Assembly (NCBI GenBank): GCA_012026655.1
Contig: JAAILG010000038.1
Location: 62,001 to 126,000, forward strand
Direction: 5' to 3'
DNA length: 64,000 nt
Source: Hydrolagus affinis
Lineage: Eukaryota
Below are positions 1 through 11,135 of this stretch, piece by piece (the stretch's first letter is position 1; every line of letters starts with the position of its first letter). Both the position numbers and the translations under genes were made by a program. Below the pieces are notes generated by a model. The model worked only from the letters and a program-made list of their open reading frames with translations, made no database searches and had not been told where the DNA came from.

Positions 1-302
1 AACGTCTCAGAGCACTTAACTGTGAGCAGCCGAATAATTGACAGAGAGAGGAAGTGTAACCATTTACTGCAAATGTGCCTAGTCACATTCATCCCATGGC
101 CAGTATCCAAACCCTATTTATATAATCCTCAACAATGCATTCTTCCTCCTCAAAAGTCTGATCTGACAGGTTCCATTCACTGACAGAATTATTTCAGCTG
201 GAGAAGGGCTGGTGAGTAACATGTTTTGCCGCAGATTGTTTAGATTGGCATTTACCTGTTCCCATTAACAAGCAGAACAAAGTCTCAAAGCGTTTCACAA
301 AC

Positions 303-706
303 ATGGCTAGGTATCAGGAGAAACTCCCTTCTCTTTCCAAATTGTATCGTAGGATCTTTAACACCCACCTGAACAGGCAGCCTGGGCCTTGGTTTAACAT
401 CTAAATCAGGGGGCAGCACCTTCCATCACAGCTCATTCCATTGGAGTGTCATTCTTTGAGTTTAAAATCCCAATCTAGGGCATGGATTCAGAGGTGGGAG
501 TGTAACAGTAAACTCCTGATAACTAATCGCTCCAGGAGAAAAGGAAGCAAGGACGAGTTATCAGGAGTTGTGAGTTAGGCATATGCATAAATAACATAAA
601 TAAATGCAGCCGAGATATTGACAGCCTGATGACTTAAGTGGTAGTGACAGGTTCGAGCCAGGATCGAGTTATCAGGAGTCCACTGTACCTGAACCAGGCT
701 GACACC
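303..706 (-). mobile_element. Deu-domain SINE (SacSINE1/AmnSINE1-like), interrupted in its tRNA head by a MITE
   Basis: Reverse complement shows the Deu-like core (GATGTTAAACCAAGG...TTAAAGATCC...GAAGGGAGTTTCTCCTGATACCTAGCC) also found at 38121-38230. The head resumes after 687 (CCTGAACCAGGCTGACAC). Confidence 0.7.
506..685. mobile_element. Tc1/mariner (pogo/Tigger-like) MITE, 180 bp
   Basis: Left end CAGTAAACTCCTGATAACT; right end AGTTATCAGGAGTCCACTG followed by TA (686-687). An internal copy of AGTTATCAGGAGTT lies at 556-569. CAGT termini with TA flanks are typical of Tigger/pogo elements. Confidence 0.7.
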
Positions 707-1664
707 CAAACCACTAATCCTTGGGCTCTAATCCTAGACATTTCACAAACACCTTCTAATTTGAGAATGTGGATGTTATTTGGCCTTAACTGTAATTTCA
801 TTGCAAATATAATTACTTGAAAAAGTGAAATATTGTTCTTGGGCCAAGTTCCTGTTTATGAATTCACAGCACATAGAAAATGAACCCAAAGAAAAGTCAA
901 CTGAAAAAATTAAAATAATTGCAACGGTCTGTCATTTGAGATAATGTTCTAATTTTAATGTTGTTATTATTCATGTCTGCATTTATTCCCGGTTTATTCA
1001 TACAGTGAAAATACAATCCTAATTTTGGTGTTTACACCAAGCAAGCACTTAGCATACACCGCGCATCAAACCCTGCAACCCATCAATGTAAAATGACACA
1101 GGCGCTCAATACAGGAGAACTTTAATGAGATTTCCAGCTTTATAACACTTTGCAGCCTCAGATCAGTGAATCAGATTTCCGCACTGGGGAGATCGTAATG
1201 AAGCAATGGGCCCGCCACTCCAGTTTCCAAGCCTTAAAATGCCACCAGTAAAATAAACTCTGCTGAACTCATAAAGTACAACATAAGGTAAACAAAATAA
1301 AAGACATACCCAATGTATGTATGATTGAATCTTTGTACTATGTTAGATATCCCTGACTCTCCCATATTAGGGAGTCAAATTGCAGGCTCTCATGTTAGGT
1401 ATTACTTACTCTCATTGCATACTATAGGACTAACAATGAATGCAGTGTTCTGTTGGACAGGTGAACAGTTTACTTAATAATAATAATAATCTTTACATTT
1501 GGTGCAGCGTTCTTTATGGCAGGAGAATATCCCAAAGCGATGTAATGTAAACTTTAGTTCCTCGTGCTTAGATGTGAGCCTATGCTATTGCTATGTCACA
1601 GAAAGAGAATCCCCACATCAAGATTTGAACAAGTGTAGACAAATGCTTTAGTTCAGTCCTGGTG

Positions 1665-1728
1665 GAGCGCTGGGACGTCCTCCTGACGTGAAAGGCGCTA
1701 TACAAGTGTAATTTTGTTGTTGTTGTTG
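1665..1728 (+). mobile_element. L2 3' tail-only insertion with (TTG)n
   Basis: GCGCTGGGACGTCCTCCTGACGTGAAAGGCGCTATACAA then TTGTTGTTG; same tail as the L2 copies in this window. Confidence 0.75.
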
Positions 1729-1748
1729 CATTGATAGAAATGCCATGG

Positions 1749-2040
1749 TTTGGATGAGACATCAAACTGATTCAGGTGCCTTTTCAGGTGTAAAGATTTC
1801 ATGGCTCTATTTGAAAAGAGAAGGGAGTTCTCCCAGTATCCCAGCTAATAATCCCCATAATAAAATTGGTCATTGATTTCATGGCTGTTTGTGGACATTG
1901 CTGTGCGCAAACTGACTGGTATGTTTGTCTGCAAAATATACTCACTACACTTGACTGTGAATTCTGTGAAGTCAACTTTGAGATGTACTCTTGGTGTGAA
2001 AGGCGTTATATCAAATGAAAGGATTGCCATTATTATTTGT
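1749..2040 (+). mobile_element. Deu-domain SINE, 5'-truncated
   Basis: GGATGAGACATCAAAC...AAAAGAGAAGGGAGTTCTCCCAGTATCC followed by an L2-type SINE tail. Confidence 0.75.
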
Positions 2041-2317
2041 TGAACAGTAAGCTTGGCTATTCGTCATTTGCAATTTCAAGTACACAACATCGCTATGAAA
2101 ATTAAAACCTTTTCTTTATGTTATAACACATTGTACCTTTGTTATACCAGAGTTGGCATTAAAGGAGGTTTCCCAATTCATCAAGATATGTGTCGCATTT
2201 ATCAAATGCATAAAATACACCATCAAAATCACTGGGAGTAATACTGACAGTAATCTGCGCATCGCCCACAAAACAAGCATTGGTTAATCACAGAGGTTAG
2301 GACCTAACCCCCAGAAC

Positions 2318-2348
2318 TGTGTGTGTGTGTGTTGTGTGTGTGTGTGTG
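2318..2348 (+). repeat. (TG)n microsatellite
   Basis: Directly visible. Confidence 0.95.
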
Positions 2349-3061
2349 GCAACATTTCTTTCATTTTACGCCAGTACATGAGAACAATGCACATAAGTTA
2401 CTGCGGCACTGTAGCTTGTAGCTCATGATGTTTATTGGATTGGTTCATTCACTATTGCAGTGGCAAGACCCAAGAGTCATTACAATATGTGTTGACCTGA
2501 TGCCAACTGTTTATTTAATGCAAATCACTATAATTTAGATTCAAATACATTTTCATTTTAACACAGTACTTAATAATTGTGAAGTACTGTGTAAAAATTG
2601 CATCTACATGATAATAATTTTCACCAAGTAAAGTGTTGCCACTGGAATTCAAATCCTGACCTATGATTCAATTACCAATGAAGCGAGTGCATAGCCTATA
2701 TGCCAATGAGCAAACAAGAAAGAAAGAAGTTTTGAAATGTAGGAGACATCAAACACCTCGCAATAGCATTATCACAATGTCAAACATAACCTGTGACTCT
2801 GCATTATGGTTCAAAAATCATTGATATCGTAATTGTAGCTGTTTAATGAAACGTGGAGAGACAATCTTAGAATGCACATTGCTAGTGTCTCTGATCCACT
2901 AAGTTTCACAGCCACTTCTCAATACATTGACGCAAGTCTATCTGATTCCAACACCGTTAGCATTTGTCCAGCCAACTTCATTCTCTATTGGACATTTAAA
3001 ATTAGTTGCATGCAGTATCTTCCCAGTCAATCCCTTCATTGACTGGCTAAAACTTTCTAAA

Positions 3062-3210
3062 CCTTGCGGGATACTGCTGTGCGCAATTGACATTTCGCTT
3101 ACCAAATATGCAGTCAATTAATTTTACGGTATATTCTGTGAAATGCTTTGAGATGTCACAAAGTAATAATAAAGCACGATATTAAATCCAAGGATTATTA
3201 TTATTATTAT
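3062..3210 (+). mobile_element. tRNA-SINE family A, 3' part
   Basis: GCTGTGCGCAATTG...TATTCTGTGAAATGCTTTGAGATGTC...AAGGATTATTATTATTAT, matching the copy at 50912-51179. Confidence 0.8.
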
Positions 3211-3837
3211 AAACCTTTCTGTTCAGAGAGAAATTGAAGACATGCAAACTATTACATCAATAAATCACTGTACATTTTCAAGTTGCAGGAACCCAATGCA
3301 ATAAACAAAATCCATGAAAAATTAGACTAGGGAATGGCACAGATTGAATCTCATGTCCTTAGAATATATATCATAAAGCCTTGTCTTATTTTTTTAAAAA
3401 GCATCCATAAATTAAACACTCTCAAGCTTTATTATATTTCAGGCAGATTTTCTGATTATTGTAGGTACACAGATGGTAATTTCTTTGTTATGTTTAATAG
3501 TGCTTTATTTTTGATAAGTGAAGCACAAATATATAGGTACTCACTGTATTCAAGCAGATCCACAATGTAATAATATTTGTGAGAGTGAAATATGCTAACG
3601 GTGTTGGAATCAGTTAGACTTGTAAAACGTAATTTGTTATTGGTTATCATTTCCATCATTTCCATCATTTCCTGGACATGTCATCCCAGTGTAACAAAAC
3701 TGAAACATTTCACACAAAAGAGAAATTGTTGGTGTTTCCTTTCCATCAGGAATCTTTGAACAAAATGTTTTTAAATTTGAACAAAAGTTCGGACTTCGAT
3801 ATCTCTTGAATTGACATTCCATTTTATAAAAACAATT

Positions 3838-3990
3838 ATTTATGGGACGCTGCTGTGTGCAATTGGCTGCCCCGTTTCGCTCACAAAATATACACTTAAC
3901 AGTATATTCCGTGAAGTATTTTGAGCTGTCACAATGGCGTGATAATGCCCTATATCAAATTTAAAGATTGTTATTATTATCATCATAATA
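3838..3990 (+). mobile_element. tRNA-SINE family A, 3' part
   Basis: Same body and (TTA)n tail. Confidence 0.8.
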
Positions 3991-4489
3991 ATGCATAGTA
4001 TTACTATTTTTAAAAAGGCAGATCAACTGAAGAATCTCTTTTCTTAAGAGTATTTGAAAGTTAACATTAAGGGAAGAAAATGTGTCAAGAAATGGGGATT
4101 AATCCTCAGTCACTACAGGTCAATAAACTACATCAGCCAAATTGGATTTTATTGGTAAGTAATCTCTAAAGTATACAAAAAATTATCTGAAGAACATAAT
4201 ACTGCAGCTCAGTGGTTTCTTTTAAATCAGCTCATCTATGATGCATGCAAACCTTTTATTAATGCAATTACAATGCAATTCATTTTGTAGATCATTTAGT
4301 GTCGGGGACCTGCTGACATTTTCCTTAACTTTTCAGGTGCTTCTGTGTTGTAATTGGATTTGTGAGAACTTTTCAATCCTGCTTGAGCTGAAGCTATCAA
4401 CAGACTGCTCCCTTAATGCCGTTATCCTGCTCATCTTCCGTCAGGGTGAAAACAGTTTAACCAGTAAAAACAATTACCATGCAACCACA

Positions 4490-4602
4490 CTACCCTTGCC
4501 CTCCACCCAATCTGCAGCTCGGGTCCAAATCCCTGACTGTCAAGTGCTTTGGGACGTCCACCTGACAATAAAGACGTGAGACAATATAAATTGTTGTTGT
4601 TG
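4490..4602 (+). mobile_element. L2 3' UTR/tail fragment
   Basis: CTCGGGTCCAAATCCCTGACTGTC is shared with 61296-61320; ends in (TTG)n. Confidence 0.7.
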
Positions 4603-4679
4603 TACTAGATATAAAATATTAATACTAAACCATGTATTTCATGTATAATAACAACAATTTCCAACAAAGAAGACAAGAA

Positions 4680-4925
4680 GGCCATCCTTCGGATGAGACA
4701 TTGAACTAAGGATCCCAAGTGTTTGTTCTGATGGGAGCTAAAAATCTTATGACACACATTGAAAAAAGAAGGGAGTTTCTCTTGATGTCCTGGTCAAATA
4801 TCTGGAACATTGTAGGACATTTCCCTGTGCAGACTGCCTACCATATTTGGCTACAAAATACACTGAAGCCAAATTTTCATTAAAAATTCTTGAGACAATT
4901 CAACAACATGATAAAGAGTTATATA
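4680..4925 (+). mobile_element. Deu-domain SINE fragment
   Basis: CTTCGGATGAGACATTGAACTAAGG...GAAGGGAGTTTCTCTTGATGTCCTGG. Confidence 0.7.
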
Positions 4926-4964
4926 TCTTCATCATGTTGGAGGGGCCAAAGGACAAACACTGTG

Positions 4965-5115
4965 GGTTCCGGCCTCTTGTTTGTTCCTAGTCCCTCCACT
5001 CCACCATCAGTGGCCATGCCTTCAGCCACTAAGCCCCTGAAACTCTGTGCTTCAATCCTTGCATCTTCCCATCTCCCTCCCCATTTTCAAATATAGCCCA
5101 AAGATCTTTCTTATT
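4965..5115 (+). mobile_element. L2 ORF2 end/3' UTR fragment
   Basis: Similar to the reverse complement of 29420-29580 (CTCCAC...GCCTTCAGCCAC...AAGATCTTTC). Confidence 0.6.
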
Positions 5116-5118
5116 GGA

Positions 5119-5390
5119 GAAACCCCATCATCATGCTTAACAGTATTGAAATCAAACTGAGAGTTTCATTCAACCCATCTAGAGACGGAAATAAATTGTT
5201 GGAATGGAATGCGCACTCTCTCCCTGGAGAGATGCATCCTGATTACCTAATTCCGGAAAGTGGTAGGCACAAGTTGGCAAGAGCAAAGGCTTGGGGACCG
5301 CAGAGTATGCGTTGGGGGCAACTGCTGGAGTCTAACCAGCTAAAAGCACATAGCTTGCCATTGATATTGCTGTTTGGCAAGCTTTCCACA
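5119..5390 (+). repeat. Unclassified interspersed repeat, family D, copy 1
   Basis: AAACCCCATCATCATGCTTAA...CACTCTCTCCCTGGA...GGCAAGAGCAAAGGCTTGGGG...TCTAACCAGCTAAAA; homologous to 46201-46505, 54167-54570 and 63635-63995(-). Confidence 0.85.
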
Positions 5391-5819
5391 TGACAGCACA
5401 AGTCAGTGCCTTCAGGAGTGGAATTTGTTTTCAAGACTACCTGTGCAATCTGCAAATCCTTTGCTGTTTTGTTTACAATTTATCTTGGTTTATCTTAATT
5501 GCACATCTAGATATCATAGATTGCTGGTGCAAGATTGCAGCAACCAACTGAGCTGAATGGGGAAGATAGCTAATATTGCCATACTCGGCGTGAAATTGGA
5601 ATTAGAAACTTTAGCTTCGACTGAGGAAGCGTTTAATGGATCTTTATGATAGCAAGGCATTTTGAGTAAAGTTTGAAACCAGATGAGTGCTCACTCAAGT
5701 GATATTAGTACGTTGCTGAGTGCCTATTGACACAAATAACTGAACTTAGAAGAAAATCTACACATAAAGCGGAAGGAGAAATATGCACAGAAGAAAGCAG
5801 CGCAAATCTTCTCTGATTA

Positions 5820-6004
5820 CCTGTTTTTCTTTAGTGAGATAATAATCAATGGCTGGAACAGGTTACCAGGAAAGATGTTTGAGGCCAGAACACTGGACTT
5901 ATTTAATGCTGTGATGGGGGTTTGGTATGGTGGGTGTTCTGGAAGGATGAGGTCGGATTAGCCAAAGGGGCTTCTTCATCCAGACTGATCTTGTAATCTT
6001 GTGA
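5820..6004 (+). mobile_element. CR1 LINE 3' end
   Basis: TTTTCTTTAGTGAGATAATAATCAATGGCTGGAACAGGTTACCA encodes the CR1 ORF2 C-terminal FFS..I.N.WNRLP motif. The tail is shared with 47330-47392 and 17598-17640(-). Confidence 0.75.
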
Positions 6005-6228
6005 CAAACCTGCCTTTTCATGTTGCTAATAAACCCTTTTTTCTTCCAATGCATCTCAAGGTAAAGGAGCATAGCTGGGGAACATAGGAGTTTAGAACTA
6101 GAGTCTGCTCCACCATAGACTATTCCCTGATACCTCCCCTCCCTCCTTCCATTTCCCTTCATGTTTCTACTTCTTGAATATCTATGTATTTCCTTCTCAA
6201 CTCCTCAATTGATTCCAGTTACGGTTGT

Positions 6229-6348
6229 ATTCACCCACAAAATACACAGTCAAAACACTTTACAGTACAGTCTGTGAAGCACTTCAAAGAGGTCTTGATG
6301 ACATGATAACTGCGCTATACCAAATGCAATGAATTATTATCATTATTG
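6229..6348 (+). mobile_element. tRNA-SINE family A, 3' part
   Basis: TTCACCCACAAAATACACAGTC...AAATGCAATGAATTATTAT. Confidence 0.75.
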
Positions 6349-6361
6349 GTATATGCATTAG

Positions 6362-6720
6362 GAACCCACCAGTACCTTCACCAAGTGATTGACACTCATG
6401 AGTGAGTTTAGACAGGGAGCGCTGAAGAACATTCACCACGAAGGGGAGTGACAAGAAGTAACCACAGTCTGATCTTATCCTTATCCAAAATCCACCCACA
6501 TATCCTTTGCAGCAATAGTTAGTGGTTAGTGATCAAGATTTTTATCCACTTCCCAGAATGGCCTTAGGACGCAGGGGACAATGATGGTGCTAGTGTGCTC
6601 ACTGTTGCCCACAGCTCACATCAGTTCCCTCAACAGAGGTAGACCAGTAGGTTCTTCTGAGCCTTCCTGTTCTGCTTGGCTCAATACCATACCATGTATT
6701 ATTCACCCATTGAATAATTA
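6362..6720 (-). mobile_element. Old SINE-like family C copy
   Basis: Reverse complement aligns by eye with 11310-11715 and 59295-59565 (GTTGAG..AACTGAT...CTTGGTGAAGGTACTGG). Confidence 0.5.
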
Positions 6721-7536
6721 GGGGTGGCGCAAACCCTTTTCACTTTTAAGGATACTAATCTCCAGCATTCATTCGTCTCTCTACTGCTCGCACTTATAAT
6801 TTCCTCTCACCATGAAACCCTATTGCTAAAGGCTTACATTGTCCATTTTGAGTCTTGTGAGGTGCAACTTTCTCCTGTCCTTTTGGTGTCTGTGGCATTA
6901 GAGAGATGCAAGAGAATTTGGAACTAATCTGCCTTTGCATTGTCCCATTTGCAGCAGGTGCTATTTGCACGGCTGCCTGTTAGCTGGTGGGTTTTATGCT
7001 GGGGGAGGGGAGGGTGGGGATTCTCACTGTGTACCTGCGTAATCCAAAGGGTAGCATCACATCATGGGAAAAAGTTGAGATTCCTCATTGAGTACGGCAT
7101 ACTTGTAATTGAGAAACACAATACCCAGGCCTGAGTTACCCAGAGCTAATCTCTTTAGTTAGTGATGGCTACTTTTAATTGGTTGGTAAGGAATCAGAGA
7201 TTCTCCCTAACTAGTTTGTTCAGTTATTGATTTACATTACACATGGAAACCTTGAAGGATTCGTATACTCAGTGCATATTTTAAGCTACTGATAGTTTTT
7301 GGCAATTGAACGACTTTGTAATTCAAACCCCTTCCCTCCAGAGGGCTGCTTTGGTTAAGTCATTGTACAGTTTAGTTCAATAGATCAGAAAGGTTAGATT
7401 CCTACACCAAACAGGTGTTAGGTGTTCTTATAAAAGATCTGGGGAAGAGGAGAGAGAATGGGTTGTCAATCGCTTTTCCAGGGGTAATAATCCCTCAGAA
7501 ACAAATTGGGTTACTTAATACATGACTGGCTATAAT

Positions 7537-7778
7537 CATAATAATCCTGGCATTTGATATAGCACTTTCCACATTCTCTAGATATCTCAAAGCGCTTCAC
7601 AGAATATGCTGTAAAGTGAATTGACTGTATATTTGTTTGCAGGACACTGCTGTGCGCAATGGCTGCCGCGATTCACCCACAAAATATAGTCAATTCACTT
7701 TACAATATATTCTGTGAAGCACTTTGACACTCAAGAACATATAAGGTGCTATATCAAATGTACAGATAATTATTATTT
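7537..7778. mobile_element. Inverted pair of family A SINE 3' halves (7537-7637 minus, 7641-7778 plus)
   Basis: Both halves carry the family A tail in opposite orientation. Confidence 0.8.
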
Positions 7779-8238
7779 TCCATGTGACAACATCCCCAAC
7801 CTATCTACACATCCGTGTCAGATGCTAGTATTCCTGGTATTCCGCTTGCTTGTAGCACTGATGATAGCATTATTAGTGAGGCCCGACCACAAGCAGAAAC
7901 CTGGCATGGCTAATTCAGGCTAATTGGTATGGCGGGAGCAGAGGCTTGTACTTCAGAGGTTCCCATGCCCTTGCATGTCTCCACCTGATTGCCTTGTCCA
8001 GAAGCAAACCCAGGAGGCACTTCCAATTATATCATAACCTCCCCAAACACCAAAGCACTCAGGCTAATTTCATCCTATTAAACATACTGAAGGATTCAGA
8101 AAAAAAAGGTTCTGTTCTTTCTTTCCCCTCCCCCAACCCCTCATGCCCTAATTACCAGTTGCTCGGGTGAGCATCTCCCTTATGCTACAGCCAAATACTT
8201 CAGGCTCTCCACCCACCCTGGCTTTATTTATTTGTGGA

Positions 8239-8560
8239 TCCTGTGGCATAGAGCACTACCTTGCATTCTATTCCTGGGCACTGTGAAATGTTAGGCAAGT
8301 TTCCTTACTCTACTCGCCACTGGTTACCTAACAGTACGTAGGAACCTGGGTTTTAGTCGATTGAGTGATCATTTTTCCAGGGGTAATAATCCCTCCAAAA
8401 ATAAATACAAAAATAATTTGGGGACTCAATCCACAACTGTGTGTGAGACATTGCTGATGTAATTGGCTGCCGCGTTTCACCCACAAAATATGTAGTCAAT
8501 TCACTTTACAGTATATTCTGTGAACGGCTTTGAGACAGCTCAAACGTGTGATAAGGCTCT
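8239..8560 (+). mobile_element. tRNA-SINE family A, degenerate near-full-length copy
   Basis: GGCAAGTTTCCTTACTC...GTAGGAACC...GGGGTAATAATCCCTC...CAATTCACTTTACAGTATATTCTGTGAA. Confidence 0.8.
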
Positions 8561-9404
8561 TCCTGATCCTGCTTTGGACTTCTAGTTATTACTCATGTCA
8601 TTTTCCTATTTGGCTATTGCCCCTCACTCCCCTCCTGCCTCCATCCCCATCCCCTGACCCTATCTCCTCTGCCGCACCCATCTACTTAAAATAAACTTAA
8701 AGAAACAAAATCCCAGAGAGCAAAATCCCTCCCCAGCAGTTTCACACAATTACGCTCTTTCTGAGAATGTCAGCATGCTATTGTCCATCAGACAATTGGT
8801 TTTATGCAAAGGAGTTCGACATCTAAACAAGAAGCCCCTACCTCTGTTTGGGCCAATTTTCTTAATGATTTTGCAAGGCTTAATCTGTTAGGGTCAATGT
8901 TTGGTTCCATTAGCAGCTAAAATCCCAGAGTCCACAATTCATTCTGCTGACAGTAAACAAGGAATTGGGGGCAGAGTGGAGAAACAATGGCTTAAGCTGC
9001 TGGAACGGGTTTGTCGTCAAGATGCTGAGAGTTTACGGACTGATTATTTTCCTCCCATTACCACTTTAATTCTGTTTAAGATAACGGCCACCGTGTAACC
9101 TTATAAGATGATTTTGTTTGCTTTCCCACCTTTCCTGCCAATCCGGGAAGAAGTGCAGGTGTGAACACGTGATGGGTGACAATAAGCTCGAGCCATCTAA
9201 GCAAACGCTTTTATTTTATCAAACAACCATTTCCACTGGAACTGCAGGGGCTGGGTGAATGGGGAACCAGCCCTGGTGGTATACAAATCAATCAGTTCTA
9301 CTTCCTTACAACTTCCTGCAATACAATTTACTTGTTTAAGTGTATTGTAATACTTACATTTGCATTTGATGTAGCATCTATCATACAATGAATTTATATA
9401 GTCC

Positions 9405-9985
9405 ATACTGACATGGCAATGCAGTGCTACTTGGAAAGAGAAGGGAGTTTCTCCCAATATTCTGTCCGACAACCCTCCCAATAAAACTAGTCACTCACTT
9501 CATGACTGTTTGTAGGACGTTGATATGTGCAAATTGTGCTGCTGTGTTTCACTTACAGTCACTTGACTTTACACTATATCCTGAAAGTCGCTTTGAGATG
9601 TACCGCTGACTTGACAGAAACAATTGTTCACTTATAAGGATGATGAGTATAGTGTCAAGAACCTCTCAAAATTCACAATATTTCTGTAAAATGTAGGTGA
9701 CTGTGAATTTGCACAGGGCAATGTCTCACAAACAGCCATTAAGTGAATGACCATTTTTATTTGGCCAGGAAATTGAGAGAAAATTTCCCTCTTCTTTTCG
9801 AATAGTGGTGTGGGATCTTTAAATCTTTTCTGAGTCGTGCCATTAGATCTTTAACATCTTTAAAGTCCACCTGAACTACCAGAAAACACAGAGGGAACCA
9901 TGGTTTAATGTCTCATCCTGAGGACGTCACCTGTAACAACACAATGCTCTCCCAACAGTGCACTGGAGTGTCAGCCAACACTATT
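9405..9985. mobile_element. Two Deu-domain SINEs tail to tail (9405-9610 plus, 9655-9985 minus)
   Basis: GAGAAGGGAGTTTCTCCC on plus; GGATCTTTAA...GGTTTAATGTCTCATCC...TGCACTGGAGTGTCAGCC (reverse-complement orientation) on minus. Confidence 0.7.
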
Positions 9986-10398
9986 GCAAGTACAAGTATC
10001 ATGTAAATTTCTACTAAACACTTCTTACCTCACGTTGCTTTACAAATGTAATTCACGTCCCAAATCTTTTGTTTTTTCTCCTCCACAACACATACAAGAG
10101 TATTTAAAAATATATTATTGATGTTGAATGGAAACCCAGAGAGCTTGGTAACAGTGCAAATTGCTTTGTGTCATTTTTGAACAAATTTTTCATACTTGGA
10201 AGATTTTGAAAAATTCTTAATCTCATTGCAATTATTAGTTTTATATTTACATTATAAATAATCACTCTGGCAAGCAACAATTTTCTGAAACTGTTAATCT
10301 ACCAGTTTGGGGTTGAATGGTATAATTGAAAACCCTTTGAGTACTGAATGTTTCTTGTAGCTTTCAAATAAAATATTTAGGGAAATTGCTTTCATCAC

Positions 10399-11135
10399 GA
10401 CAACAACAACAACAAATTAAATTTATAAAGCGCCTTTCACGTCGGGAGGACGTCCCAAGGCGCTGCACAGGAGGCATGTGACCCAAGCTGGGAGGGGAGT
10501 GTACGGGAAGGGGTGAAACACGTAGGCGCCTTGGGACGTCCTCTCGATGTGAAAGGCGCTATATAAATGTAAGTTTTGATTGATTGATTGATTGTAGGGG
10601 AGGTCGAAAAATTCGGGGTGGAACAAAAGGCACGGTCGAAGAGGAAAGTCTTCAAACCGGCCTTGAAAGAGGAAAGGGAAGAAACGAGACGGAGGGATTG
10701 GGGGATGGAATTCCATAGGGTCGGAGCAGAAAAACTGAAGGCCTGGCCTCCGATGGTGGGGCGGTTCGGACGGGGTGCTTGGAGCAGGCCAAGTCCTGCT
10801 GAACGGAGGGTCCGGGTGAGCTTGTAGGGGGAGAGTAAATTGGTTAAATAGGGNNNNNNNNNNNNNNNNNNNNNNNNNNNNNNNNNNNNNNNNNNNNNNN
10901 NNNNNNNNNNNNNNNNNNNNNNNNNNNNNNNNNNNNNNNNNNNNNNNNNNNNNCCTCTGGAGGATGGGGAGCCAGTGGAGACGGGCGAGGGTGGGGGTTA
11001 TATGGTCGCGGAGGCGGGTGCGGGATAATACATGGGCTGCAGAGTTTTGGATGACCTGCAGCCTGTGAATGGAGGAACTGGGGAGGCCGACGAGGAGAGA
11101 GTTTCCATAGTCCAGCCTTGAGGTAATGTATGCGT
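10399..11135 (-). mobile_element. L2-clade LINE, 5'-truncated (ORF2 C-terminus plus 3' UTR), spanning the assembly gap
   Basis: Translation HAYITSRLDYGNSLLVGLPSSSIHRLQVIQNSAAHVLSRTRLRDHITPTLARLHWLP is the characteristic post-RT segment of L2 ORF2. Stem-loop tail and (TTG)n at 10399-10465. Confidence 0.92.
10854..10953. other. Assembly gap (100 N)
   Basis: Run of N. Confidence 1.

Noticed and set aside
7335-7348. CTCF-like motif CCTCCAGAGGGCTG
   Set aside because: An imperfect single match, expected by chance in 64 kb.
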